Source: an uncultured Clostridium sp.
GTDB lineage: Bacteria; Bacillota; Clostridia; Christensenellales; CAG-138
Direction of reading: 5' to 3'
DNA length: 34,559 nucleotides
Assembly: GCA_964414925.1 (NCBI GenBank)
Contig: CAYPXV010000004.1
Coordinates: 1 to 34,559, forward strand
Part shown: in pieces, positions 20,108 to 29,119 of the stretch
How positions within the stretch are numbered: position 1 is the stretch's first letter
Layout of the letters: each line of letters begins with the position of its first letter
Position numbers and translations under genes: made by a program
Notes under the pieces: model-generated
What the model saw: the letters and a program-made list of their open reading frames with translations, nothing else
Database searches by the model: none
What the model was told of the DNA's origin: nothing

Positions 20108-20188
20108 GTGTACTTGTGACACTATGGGTTGAAGTATTGATAAAAACAACCCGATAAGAAATAATTAAGTAAGAAAGAGGTACATAGT

Positions 20189-20323
20189 ATGAAGATGACC
20201 TACCAGCCCAAAGTAAGGCAGAGGAAAAAGGTTCATGGTTTCCGTAAACGCATGAGCACTAAGAACGGTCGCAATGTTCTTGCTCGCAGAAGGCTTAAAG
20301 GCAGAAAGAAGCTATCCGCATAA
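20189..20323 (+). CDS. rpmH: 50S ribosomal protein L34 (absent from the ORF track)
   Basis: Own translation [44 protein letters not shown]; RBS GAGG; upstream of rnpA. Confidence 0.98.
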   Translation: MKMTYQPKVRQRKKVHGFRKRMSTKNGRNVLARRRLKGRKKLSA

Positions 20324-20352
20324 ACAGGCAATTGATTTTTCATTAAGTTTAA

Positions 20353-20376
20353 CGGCGGAGTCGTATGACTCCGCCG
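20353..20376 (+). other. GC-rich 10-bp hairpin between rpmH and rnpA
   Basis: CGGCGGAGTC-GTAT-GACTCCGCCG; T5 only 6 nt further on. Confidence 0.7.
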
Positions 20377-20416
20377 GACAGCTTTTTAACAACATTGCGT
20401 CAGGGTTTTAGAAACA

Positions 20417-20797
20417 TTGAAGCGTTGCTATTCTCTCAAACGAAATAAGGAATTTCGGTATGCTTATCGTGTCGGCAAATCCGTCGGTACGAAGAGCATG
20501 GTTCTTATTTATGCAAAAAATAAGCAGGAGGAGCTTAAAATAGGCTTTTCGGTCAGTAAAAAGCTCGGTAACGCTGTGACACGCAACAAAATAAAACGCA
20601 GAATGAGGGAGGCGGTTACGCCTCTTATTCCCGATATAAAAAGAGGCTATAAGCTTATTTTTATTGCAAAGCATCCGCTAAAGGATGAACGCTTTACGGC
20701 AATATGTTCGGGCATGAATTATATGCTGAAAAAATCAGGTCTTCTCGAACAAAAAGCAACCGAATCCGCTATAAAGGGTCAATGCGATGACCGATAG
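20417..20797 (+). CDS. rnpA: RNase P protein component
   Basis: [31 protein letters not shown]; TTG start. Confidence 0.95.
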   Translation: MKRCYSLKRNKEFRYAYRVGKSVGTKSMVLIYAKNKQEELKIGFSVSKKLGNAVTRNKIKRRMREAVTPLIPDIKRGYKLIFIAKHPLKDERFTAICSGMNYMLKKSGLLEQKATESAIKGQCDDR

Positions 20798-21065
20798 AAA
20801 AGGTCTCGAACAAAATCGCAAATTCGGTCCTGTCTCAAGATTCATTCAGTGGTCGATTAGATTTTACCAAAAGAATATCTCACCGATGCTCGGAGCAAAC
20901 TGTAAATACATTCCCACCTGCTCCCAGTATGCCCTTGAGGCTGTTCAAATGCACGGTGTTGTAGTCGGAGTGTTGCTTGCCGTATGGAGAATATTGCGTT
21001 GTAATCCCTTTTCTAAGGGAGGTTACGACCCGGTTCCGCCCAAAAACAAAGCCGATAGGGTTTAA
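20787..21065 (+). CDS. yidD: Membrane protein insertion efficiency factor
   Basis: [32 protein letters not shown]. Confidence 0.95.
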   Translation: MTDRKGLEQNRKFGPVSRFIQWSIRFYQKNISPMLGANCKYIPTCSQYALEAVQMHGVVVGVLLAVWRILRCNPFSKGGYDPVPPKNKADRV

Positions 21066-21093
21066 ATTTCCGCTACGGTATGAAAGGTAATAA

Positions 21094-22215
21094 ATGATTA
21101 ACGAGTTTTTTCTCACCGAATGGTTCTTCAGTCTGTTGAGATGGCTGTATTCATTTTTGGGTAACAGCTATTTCCTCGCAATTTTTATCACAACGCTTGC
21201 GTTAAGGCTCATTCAGGTATATCCCGACATCAAGAGCCGTACCGTTCAGAAAAAGCAGGCTGCATTGCAGCCCGAATTGGATAAGCTGCAAAAGAAATAT
21301 CAGGATAATCCGCAAAAACTCCAGCAGGAAACAAGCAGAATTATGAAGGAAAACGGAGTCAGTATGCTCTCCGGTTGTTTGCCTATGCTCATTACTCTGC
21401 CTATATTCTTCTGCTTTTTGGCTGCGTTCCGTTTTTGGGGCTATGAGCAAACCTTAAAGCTTACCTATGAAACAATCATAAGCGAACAGCAACTTCAACA
21501 ACAGGGCATCGTTATAGACTGGGAAAACGGCGATCCCGACGAAAACTGGGAAAAATGGCAGGATACCATAGCTGCCAAAACTTTCGGTAGCTATAAATTC
21601 CTTTGGATAACCAATATCTGGCAGCCCGATAACGGCTTTAAGAGTGTAGTTACCACCGCCGCCGAGGTTAAAAAGTATCCGAATATCGAAAACCTCGTTC
21701 TTTTCCACAAGGGCTATACAGACCTTGACGGTAACTTCGTTTCCGGTGAGCATATTTGGGATACCCTTGTCGAATACGGTATCGCAGAAGGTGAATTTTC
21801 ATCGGACAGCATGAAACTTCTCGTAACGGACGAGGCTGCCGAGGAATATGACTCCAGAATGAGCATCTATAAGCGCGGATATAATAACGGCTTATTCATC
21901 CTTCCCGTACTTGCCGCTCTGTTCCAATTCCTTGCTTCATGGTTGCCTCAGCGTAAACAGAAGAAGCAAAACCCCGCCGCAAATCAGGCAGCAGGCAGCA
22001 TGAATTTCATGATGTGGCTCTTCCCCCTCATGAGCTTCTATTTCTGCTTGACCGCAACTTCGGCTTTCGCCTTGTATTGGGTTCTTTCAAGTATATTCAC
22101 TCTCGTTTCATCAACGGTTATCTCCGCTATTATTGAGAAAAAACCCGTTGTGCTTACTCCCAAAAAGCAACCCGAAAGACAAAATCCGAGACATTACTAT
22201 TCTAAAAAGAAATAA
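21094..22215 (+). CDS. yidC: YidC/Oxa1 membrane insertase
   Basis: LQPELDKLQKKY, GCLPMLITLPIF, FLWI, ILPVLAA, ALYW; synteny. Confidence 0.92.
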   Translation: MINEFFLTEWFFSLLRWLYSFLGNSYFLAIFITTLALRLIQVYPDIKSRTVQKKQAALQPELDKLQKKYQDNPQKLQQETSRIMKENGVSMLSGCLPMLITLPIFFCFLAAFRFWGYEQTLKLTYETIISEQQLQQQGIVIDWENGDPDENWEKWQDTIAAKTFGSYKFLWITNIWQPDNGFKSVVTTAAEVKKYPNIENLVLFHKGYTDLDGNFVSGEHIWDTLVEYGIAEGEFSSDSMKLLVTDEAAEEYDSRMSIYKRGYNNGLFILPVLAALFQFLASWLPQRKQKKQNPAANQAAGSMNFMMWLFPLMSFYFCLTATSAFALYWVLSSIFTLVSSTVISAIIEKKPVVLTPKKQPERQNPRHYYSKKK

Positions 22216-22300
22216 TTTTCCAAAGCATAGCGGGCATCGTGCATAATGTCCGCTATGGTGTTATGCTTCGGCGTCGCTGCCGAAAATCGAAAGGACATAT

Positions 22301-23770
22301 ATGCGTTCAATAGAAGTAACCGACAAATCGGTAGACATAGCCATATTTAACGGCTTGCAGCAGCTTGGCCTCTCAATAGATGAGGTAACAATAGATATAA
22401 TTCAAACCGAAACAAAGGGTATTCTGGGTATCGGAGCAAAGCCCGCAAAGGTTCGCCTTACAGAAAAACCCACGGAAGAGGTTATAATTCCCGACTTTGA
22501 GAGCGAAAAATTCAAACCTCGCCGTAACAGTGAAAAAAGATACAACGATAAAAAAGAATCGTTTGAAAACAAGAAAAAACCCCGTAACGACTTTTCCGAA
22601 AAGAAGTCCTATCGTCGTGAGGAAACCGATACCGGCGCAAATAAATCGGAAACTCAAACCCAGCCTGTTGAGGAAACTGTAAATGCCGAACAGGTCGGTG
22701 TTGCACGTCGTCGTCCCGAAAAGAAAAAGCTGTATAAGAATATTGACGAAATGTTTGCAGCTCAGGGCGAACAGGAAGATTCTTCAACCCTTTCCGACTT
22801 TGTAAACGACGAACTGGGCTCTGCCACAATGCTTTCCGGAGCTTCGTCCTTCAGTCCCTATTCATCCTCCGATTTCGAATTCTCCGCATCTAAGCAGAGC
22901 GGATCGAATGAAAAGAGCATTTCCGAAGTCGTTCGTCAGGCAGAACTTTTGGCTGATTCTTCGGAACTTGATGAGGAAGTCGTTATCGAAACACCCAAAG
23001 TAGCTAAACCCCGCAACGACAACCGCCGTTCTAATAACAAAAACAACAATCGTAGAAACGACAGAAAACCGCCCAAGCAGAATGCTGAAGCAAATGCCAA
23101 CGCAAATGCGAAGGCACATCACGAAGCATCGAATAAGAACAATGCTCGTCCCACACAAAATTCCATACATGCCAAAAAGTATGACTATACCGAGGAAGCG
23201 GCTATCGATAATCCCGCTGCGGAGTATGTAAAGGGTCTGCTTGATAAGATGGGTATGGAAGCAAAGGTGCTTGCTTACCGTGACGAAGAAGCTATACGTT
23301 TGAGAATCGACAGCGAAGAAATCGGTATGCTTATCGGTCGCCGCGGCGAAAATCTTGATGCGATTCAGTATCTTACCAGCCTCACGGTCAATCGCAACAG
23401 CAAGGACGATGAATACGTCCGTGTAACTATCGATGCACAGCAATATCGTGAAAAGAGAGAGGAAACTTTGATTCGTCTTGCAAAGCGTGTTGCACAGCAG
23501 GTCAGAAGCACGGGAAAAGCAAAGGTGCTTGAACCCATGAATCCCTATGAGCGCAGAATACTCCATTCCGCACTTCAGGGTAATCCGTTCGTTTCGACTC
23601 ACAGTGAGGGTGAAGAACCCAACCGCCGTGTTGTCGTAACTCCAAGACGCAGAAACAGGAATTTCGACTCTCGTCGTCGTAACAATAAACACCGTGAAAA
23701 CGGAGAAGTAACAACCCCTGCTTTTACGCCGGATAATCCACCGATTCCCAAAGTGGAGGAACAGGCTTGA
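22301..23770 (+). CDS. jag: Jag/KhpB/EloR RNA-binding protein (Jag_N, KH, R3H)
   Basis: N-terminal KGILGIGAKPAKVR, KH LIGRRGENLDAIQYL, R3H PMNPYERRILH, SEGEEPNRRV. Confidence 0.92.
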   Translation: MRSIEVTDKSVDIAIFNGLQQLGLSIDEVTIDIIQTETKGILGIGAKPAKVRLTEKPTEEVIIPDFESEKFKPRRNSEKRYNDKKESFENKKKPRNDFSEKKSYRREETDTGANKSETQTQPVEETVNAEQVGVARRRPEKKKLYKNIDEMFAAQGEQEDSSTLSDFVNDELGSATMLSGASSFSPYSSSDFEFSASKQSGSNEKSISEVVRQAELLADSSELDEEVVIETPKVAKPRNDNRRSNNKNNNRRNDRKPPKQNAEANANANAKAHHEASNKNNARPTQNSIHAKKYDYTEEAAIDNPAAEYVKGLLDKMGMEAKVLAYRDEEAIRLRIDSEEIGMLIGRRGENLDAIQYLTSLTVNRNSKDDEYVRVTIDAQQYREKREETLIRLAKRVAQQVRSTGKAKVLEPMNPYERRILHSALQGNPFVSTHSEGEEPNRRVVVTPRRRNRNFDSRRRNNKHRENGEVTTPAFTPDNPPIPKVEEQA

Positions 23771-25119
23771 GCAGTGTTGACTTAAATGCAAATATTTTCG
23801 CACTGTCCACGCCTGTGGGCGGTGCGATTGCTCTTTTGAGAGCAAGCGGTAATAATCTTTTACCGATTTTAAAACAAATTTTCAGCGGTAAAATCGAAAC
23901 GGGCAAAATGAACTACGGTCATCTTATCGACCCCCAAAGCGGTAGGAAAATCGATTCATGTATGGTTTCGTTCTTTGAAAAGCCCCATTCGTATACCGGT
24001 GAAGACGTCTTTGAACTTAATCTCCACGGCTCTTATGCCATTGTCAGAGCAGCTTATGACTTGCTTAGAAGCTGCAATATGCGAGAGGCGCAGCCGGGCG
24101 AATTTACAAAACGTGCATTTATCAACGGCAAACTCGACCTTGTTCAGGCGGATGCCGTTATGGATCTCGTGCTTTCCGATACCGAACGCAGCCGTAAATC
24201 CGCACTTGAACAGCTTGACGGAGGGCTGAGTAAAGCCATAGCCGAAATTGAAAATACCCTTATAAATCTTGCCACGGAACTTTCGGCGGCAATGGATTAC
24301 CCCGATGAAATGGAGGAGGAAGCCCTTTCAAACGCCGAAGAAGTAGTTTCAAATGCTACCGTAAAGCTTGATAAACTCATCAGCTCCGCAAAATCGGGCA
24401 GGATATTAAGAATGGGAGCCAAGGTAGTAATTCTGGGCAATCCAAATGCAGGTAAATCAAGCCTTATGAATATTCTTATCGGTTCAAGCAGGGCAATAGT
24501 CACCAATATTGCGGGAACTACCCGTGATACACTCGAAGAAAAAATCGATATTCTCGGTTATCCCATAAGGCTTATCGATACCGCAGGCTTGCATGAAACC
24601 GATGATATCGTTGAGAAAATCGGTATCGAACGTGCTTTAAATGAATCCCAAACGGCAGAGCTGATACTGCGTGTTATCGATGCCGATGAAAACTATTGCG
24701 ACGATGAACTGATTGGTTTGCACAATGATTCCGATAATGTCGTTTATGTGGTAAATAAATGCGATTTAAGCAGTGATAATGCCGCTAAAATCGCAAGCAG
24801 GATTCAAAACCTGATAGAAAATGCCCCCGTCGTGATTACAAGCTGTGAAACGGGTGAGGGCATTGATGAATTGAAACAAACCATTATTTCACTCGTTGCG
24901 CCTACCGACGGAGAGAGCAATATCGTTACAAACGAAAGGCATTTGGCTTGCTTAAAACGTGCCGGGTGTGAACTTAACGAACTCGGCTCTGCACCTACCG
25001 TTGACCTTAAAGCGATGCTTTTGGATTCCGCACTGATTCACCTTGGTGAAATAACAGGAAGAACTGCCACCGAAGAAGTCCTTGACGGAATTTTTAAACG
25101 GTTTTGCGTGGGAAAATAA
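23767..25119 (+). CDS. mnmE: tRNA modification GTPase
   Basis: PHSYTGED, PGEFTKRAF, GNPNAGKSS, AGTTRD, DTAG, NKCD, terminal FCVGK; TTG start overlaps jag stop. Confidence 0.96.
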   Translation: MSSVDLNANIFALSTPVGGAIALLRASGNNLLPILKQIFSGKIETGKMNYGHLIDPQSGRKIDSCMVSFFEKPHSYTGEDVFELNLHGSYAIVRAAYDLLRSCNMREAQPGEFTKRAFINGKLDLVQADAVMDLVLSDTERSRKSALEQLDGGLSKAIAEIENTLINLATELSAAMDYPDEMEEEALSNAEEVVSNATVKLDKLISSAKSGRILRMGAKVVILGNPNAGKSSLMNILIGSSRAIVTNIAGTTRDTLEEKIDILGYPIRLIDTAGLHETDDIVEKIGIERALNESQTAELILRVIDADENYCDDELIGLHNDSDNVVYVVNKCDLSSDNAAKIASRIQNLIENAPVVITSCETGEGIDELKQTIISLVAPTDGESNIVTNERHLACLKRAGCELNELGSAPTVDLKAMLLDSALIHLGEITGRTATEEVLDGIFKRFCVGK

Positions 25120-25150
25120 TTTCAAAAAAAGAAAGGAAGACAGGAAAACA

Positions 25151-27529
25151 ATGTTAATGGATGCAAAAGGCATTATCCGCCGTACGGAGGATATACTCCG
25201 CAATGATTACCAAATAGAACTGCCTCAGGCAAATGCACAGCAGCTTCATAAAGCTCTTTCCGATGCAACGATGTACGCCATCGCCGACGATTGGAGAAGA
25301 AGCCGTCGTGCAATGGAGAATACAAGACGTGCCTATTATATCTCGGCAGAGTACCTGACAGGACGCATGGTCTTTAATAATCTGTTCAATCTCGGATTAA
25401 TTGACGAGGTCAGACGCCTTCTCTCCCTTAGAGGTGTTGATATCAATATGCTCGAAGAAATAGAGGATTGCGCACTCGGTAACGGCGGTCTGGGCAGACT
25501 TGCCGCCTGCTTCCTTGACAGTGCCGCAACGCACGACCTTCCCCTTGACGGCTACGGTATTCGATATAAGTTCGGTCTGTTCAAACAAAGTTTTATCAAC
25601 GGCTTCCAAATCGAACGTGCCGATGACTGGCAAAGACAGGGCGATCCGTGGAGCAGAAGACGTGATGATAAGATAGTTACCGTTGATTTCGGTGATAAAC
25701 AGGTTCTTGCCGTTCCTTACGATATGCCGATAATAGGCTACAATACCGCAACAATCGGTACGCTCAGACTTTGGCAAAGTGAAGCGATAGAGGAGTTTGA
25801 CTTCAGTGCCTTCAATGCTCAAGACTATGCGCTGGCGGTTAAAGAAAAGAACTATGTTGAGGATATCACCCGTGTACTCTATCCCAATGACAGTACCTAT
25901 GAAGGAAAGAAACTGCGCTTGCGTCAGCAATATTTCCTCTCATCCGCTTCTATGCAGGATATCTTCCGCAGACATAAACGCTGTTTCGGCAATGACAAAA
26001 TCGAACAAATCTGTGAAGTTAATTGTGTACAGCTTAACGATACCCACCCCACCGTCAGCATTCCCGAATTTATCAGATTGATGATGGATGACGGTGTGGA
26101 TTTTGAAAGAGCATTGGAGTGTGCTAAAAAATTCTTCAACTACACCAACCATACCCTCATGAGCGAAGCACTTGAAACATGGGATGCACAGATGTTTGCA
26201 AGCGTAATTCCGACTGTTTACTCGGTTGTGGAGCGCATTGACAATGCACTGGTCTGTGAACTCAGATTGAAAAATATCGGTGAAGAACAGATTTCACGTA
26301 TGCGCATAATCGCCTCGGGTCGTGTGCATATGGCAAGGCTTGCCGTGTTCGTTTCAAGCTATGTCAACGGTGTTGCTCAAATTCATTCGGAATTACTTAA
26401 AAAGGATGTACTGAAGGATTGGTATAACGTCTATCCCGAACGCTTTACCAATATGACCAACGGAATAACTCAACGTCGTTGGCTCGGTCTTTGTAACCCC
26501 GGCTTGACAAAGCTTATAGGTGAACGTATCGGTTACGGATTCTTGACCGACTTATATGAGCTTAAACAGCTTGAACCGATGATAGACGAAACCATGGTGC
26601 GCCAATTTATTGAGGTTAAGAAGGACTTGAAGTGTAAGCTCAGCCGTATAATTTTAGAACGTGAAGGTGTGCTTATTCCCGAACATTTTGTGTTTGACGT
26701 TCAGGTCAAGCGTATGCACGAATACAAGCGTCAATTGATGAATGCGCTTGCCATCGTACATATTTATAAGGAGCTTAAAGAGGGCAAGCTTTCGGATATG
26801 CCGCCGACCGCCTTTATTTTCGGCGCAAAAGCAGCCCCGGGTTATGTCATGGCAAAGCAGTTTATGAAATTCATAAACGAACTTGCCAATAAGATCAATT
26901 CCGACCCCGATGTGAACAACATCATCAAGGTTGTATTCGTCCAAAATTACAACTGTTCCTACGCCGAACACATAATTCCCGCCGCTGATATATCCGAACA
27001 GATTTCGCCTGCCGGAACGGAAGCAAGCGGAACGGGCAATATGAAATTCATGCTCAACGGTGCGGTAACTCTCGGTACTTATGACGGAGCAAATATTGAA
27101 ATTGTCGAATGTGCAGGTGAAGAAAACAATTACATCTTCGGAGCTAAGGTTGACGAACTCGATGCACTGCGTCCTCATTATGACCCTCGCAGCGTTTACG
27201 ACTCCAATCCCCTTGTTCACAGAGCTGTCGATTCGCTGATTGACGGTTCGATTGCAAACGACCCGGAAAGCTACACCGTATTCAGGGACATCTATAATTC
27301 CCTGCTCGTCGGCGACTGGCGCAAACCCGATTATTACTTCAATTTGTATGAACTTGAGGGCTATGTCAAGCGTAAGCTCGATGCTATCTACGATACCCGT
27401 GATGAGCTTGGTTTCTACACCAAATGCGTCAGAAATATCGTAAATGCCGGTAAGTTCTCAAGCGACAGAACCATAAAGCAATATGCTTCCGATATCTGGC
27501 ATATAGAAAAGATCGATACGCATAAATAA
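25151..27529 (+). CDS. glgP: Glycogen/maltodextrin phosphorylase
   Basis: LGNGGLGRLAAC, LNDTHP, YTNHT, NGVA, TNGITQRRW, KRMHEYKRQ, PLP motif EASGTGNMK, FSSDRTI. Confidence 0.95.
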   Translation: MLMDAKGIIRRTEDILRNDYQIELPQANAQQLHKALSDATMYAIADDWRRSRRAMENTRRAYYISAEYLTGRMVFNNLFNLGLIDEVRRLLSLRGVDINMLEEIEDCALGNGGLGRLAACFLDSAATHDLPLDGYGIRYKFGLFKQSFINGFQIERADDWQRQGDPWSRRRDDKIVTVDFGDKQVLAVPYDMPIIGYNTATIGTLRLWQSEAIEEFDFSAFNAQDYALAVKEKNYVEDITRVLYPNDSTYEGKKLRLRQQYFLSSASMQDIFRRHKRCFGNDKIEQICEVNCVQLNDTHPTVSIPEFIRLMMDDGVDFERALECAKKFFNYTNHTLMSEALETWDAQMFASVIPTVYSVVERIDNALVCELRLKNIGEEQISRMRIIASGRVHMARLAVFVSSYVNGVAQIHSELLKKDVLKDWYNVYPERFTNMTNGITQRRWLGLCNPGLTKLIGERIGYGFLTDLYELKQLEPMIDETMVRQFIEVKKDLKCKLSRIILEREGVLIPEHFVFDVQVKRMHEYKRQLMNALAIVHIYKELKEGKLSDMPPTAFIFGAKAAPGYVMAKQFMKFINELANKINSDPDVNNIIKVVFVQNYNCSYAEHIIPAADISEQISPAGTEASGTGNMKFMLNGAVTLGTYDGANIEIVECAGEENNYIFGAKVDELDALRPHYDPRSVYDSNPLVHRAVDSLIDGSIANDPESYTVFRDIYNSLLVGDWRKPDYYFNLYELEGYVKRKLDAIYDTRDELGFYTKCVRNIVNAGKFSSDRTIKQYASDIWHIEKIDTHK

Positions 27530-27539
27530 TTTTACGTTT

Positions 27540-27571
27540 AAGCCGACTGCCCGCTAACGCAGTCGGCTTTT
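27540..27571 (+). terminator. Intrinsic terminator after glgP
   Basis: AAGCCGACTGC-8 nt-GCAGTCGGCTT ending in T4. Confidence 0.8.
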
Positions 27572-27588
27572 GCCTTCCGTCTGCTAAC

Positions 27589-27617
27589 TTGACAAATAAT
27601 GCTTTAAATGTTAAAAT
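27589..27617 (+). promoter_or_regulatory. Sigma-A promoter of YitT-ung
   Basis: TTGACA-17 bp-TAAAAT with extended -10 TGt. Confidence 0.75.
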
Positions 27618-27666
27618 AAAAAATGCTAAAATAAATTTAAATAATTTGAAAAGGAAAATGATTTAA

Positions 27667-28323
27667 TTGTTAAAAACTAAGTTGGTATCGTTGATTCGTT
27701 CTTTATTCGGGCAGTTGACCCTAAAACGCATTGTGATGCTTATACTTGGCAGTATGATAACCGCATTCGGTTTATTTAATATTCACGCTCAATCAAATGT
27801 CACTGAAGGTGGCGTACTCGGTCTTTCCCTCCTTCTCGGGCATTGGCTGAATATCTCTCCGTCGCTTATCAGTTTTATTCTCAATATCTGTTGCTACATT
27901 CTCGGTTGGCGACTCCTCGGCAATGATTTCATAGGCTGTTCGGCAATTGCAGGTATCGCCTATTCCGTTTTCTATGCCGTTTTTGAATCAATAGGTCCGC
28001 TGTTCCCGTGGATTGCCGACAAACCCCTGCTTGCCGCCTTGATGGGTGCCCCCTTTATCGGCGTCGGTGCAGGTATCGCCGTTCGTGCAGGCGGTGCGCC
28101 GGGCGGTGACGATGCGCTCGCTATGAGCTTGGCATTTATTACAAAGTTAAACATAAAATGGCTGTATCTTTTCAGCGATATGGTTGTACTGCTGCTTTCG
28201 CTGACCTATATCCCTCTCGGAAAAATATTGTATTCGCTGTTGACAGTTATATTGAGCGGACAAATTATAGGCATCGTTGCGGAAGGCAAGAAAGGAAAAA
28301 AAGATGGTAAACCTGGAAAATGA
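27667..28323 (+). CDS. YitT-family membrane protein (start uncertain)
   Basis: Several hydrophobic segments; [33 protein letters not shown]. Confidence 0.8.
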   Translation: MLKTKLVSLIRSLFGQLTLKRIVMLILGSMITAFGLFNIHAQSNVTEGGVLGLSLLLGHWLNISPSLISFILNICCYILGWRLLGNDFIGCSAIAGIAYSVFYAVFESIGPLFPWIADKPLLAALMGAPFIGVGAGIAVRAGGAPGGDDALAMSLAFITKLNIKWLYLFSDMVVLLLSLTYIPLGKILYSLLTVILSGQIIGIVAEGKKGKKDGKPGK

Positions 28324-28975
28324 TTGGGACGACATTCTTCGTGATGAATTTGAAAAGGATTATTACCTTAAACTGCGTCGCTTCCTTGCCGACGAATATC
28401 GCACTCGAACCGTTTATCCGAACATGTTCGATATCTTCAATGCACTCAAATTAACATCCTTTTATCAAACCAAGGTCGTTATTTTGGGACAAGACCCTTA
28501 TCACGGACCGGGGCAGGCGCATGGGCTGTGTTTTTCGGTAAAGCGTGGTGTAGTTCCGCCTCCGTCGCTTAAAAATATTTATAAGGAATTGGAATCGGAT
28601 GTGGGATTTATTCCGCCGCAGCACGGAGAATTAACCGAATGGGCAAAGCAGGGTGTGCTTCTTCTCAATACCGTTCTCACCGTGAGGGAGCATGAACCCA
28701 ACAGCCATAAGGGAATAGGTTGGGAACTGTTTACATCAAGGGTTATTTGGGAATTGAATAACAAGACACATCCCGTGGTGTTCCTTCTTTGGGGTGCAAA
28801 CGCAAGAAGTAAAGGTAAAATTATAACGAATCCTTTACACGTGAAGCTTGAAACCGTTCACCCCAGTCCCCTTTCGGCATATAACGGCTTTTTCGGTTGC
28901 AAGCATTTTTCAACCGCTAATTCCATACTCGCCTCTGCCGGTTTGGAGAAAATAGACTGGCAATTGCCCGATTGA
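28304..28975 (+). CDS. ung: Uracil-DNA glycosylase, family 1
   Basis: [30 protein letters not shown]; ATG behind AAAGGA. Confidence 0.97.
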   Translation: MVNLENDWDDILRDEFEKDYYLKLRRFLADEYRTRTVYPNMFDIFNALKLTSFYQTKVVILGQDPYHGPGQAHGLCFSVKRGVVPPPSLKNIYKELESDVGFIPPQHGELTEWAKQGVLLLNTVLTVREHEPNSHKGIGWELFTSRVIWELNNKTHPVVFLLWGANARSKGKIITNPLHVKLETVHPSPLSAYNGFFGCKHFSTANSILASAGLEKIDWQLPD

Positions 28976-28993
28976 AAAACGACTTACACATAT

Positions 28994-29025
28994 GCTGTCC
29001 CCTTTGTGGCTCGGACAGCTTTTTT
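28994..29025 (+). terminator. Intrinsic terminator after ung
   Basis: GCTGTCC-12 nt-GGACAGC followed by T6. Confidence 0.7.
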
Positions 29026-29119
29026 CCTTTCACCCCTTTTCAATTCTGTTATGTTGTTGTATAATTATAAAGGAGAGTTTTAAACAGTCGAATAAATATC
29101 TTGACAGAAGGAGGTTACA

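Noticed and set aside
22862-23845. 327-aa antisense ORF
   Set aside because: Shadow of low-complexity jag; no motifs
25082-25150. Longer N-termini in the ORF track (glgP here; also folD, guaB, ung, IMP cyclohydrolase, CinA-like)
   Set aside because: They overlap upstream genes or lack an RBS; downstream ATGs have RBSs and match family starts
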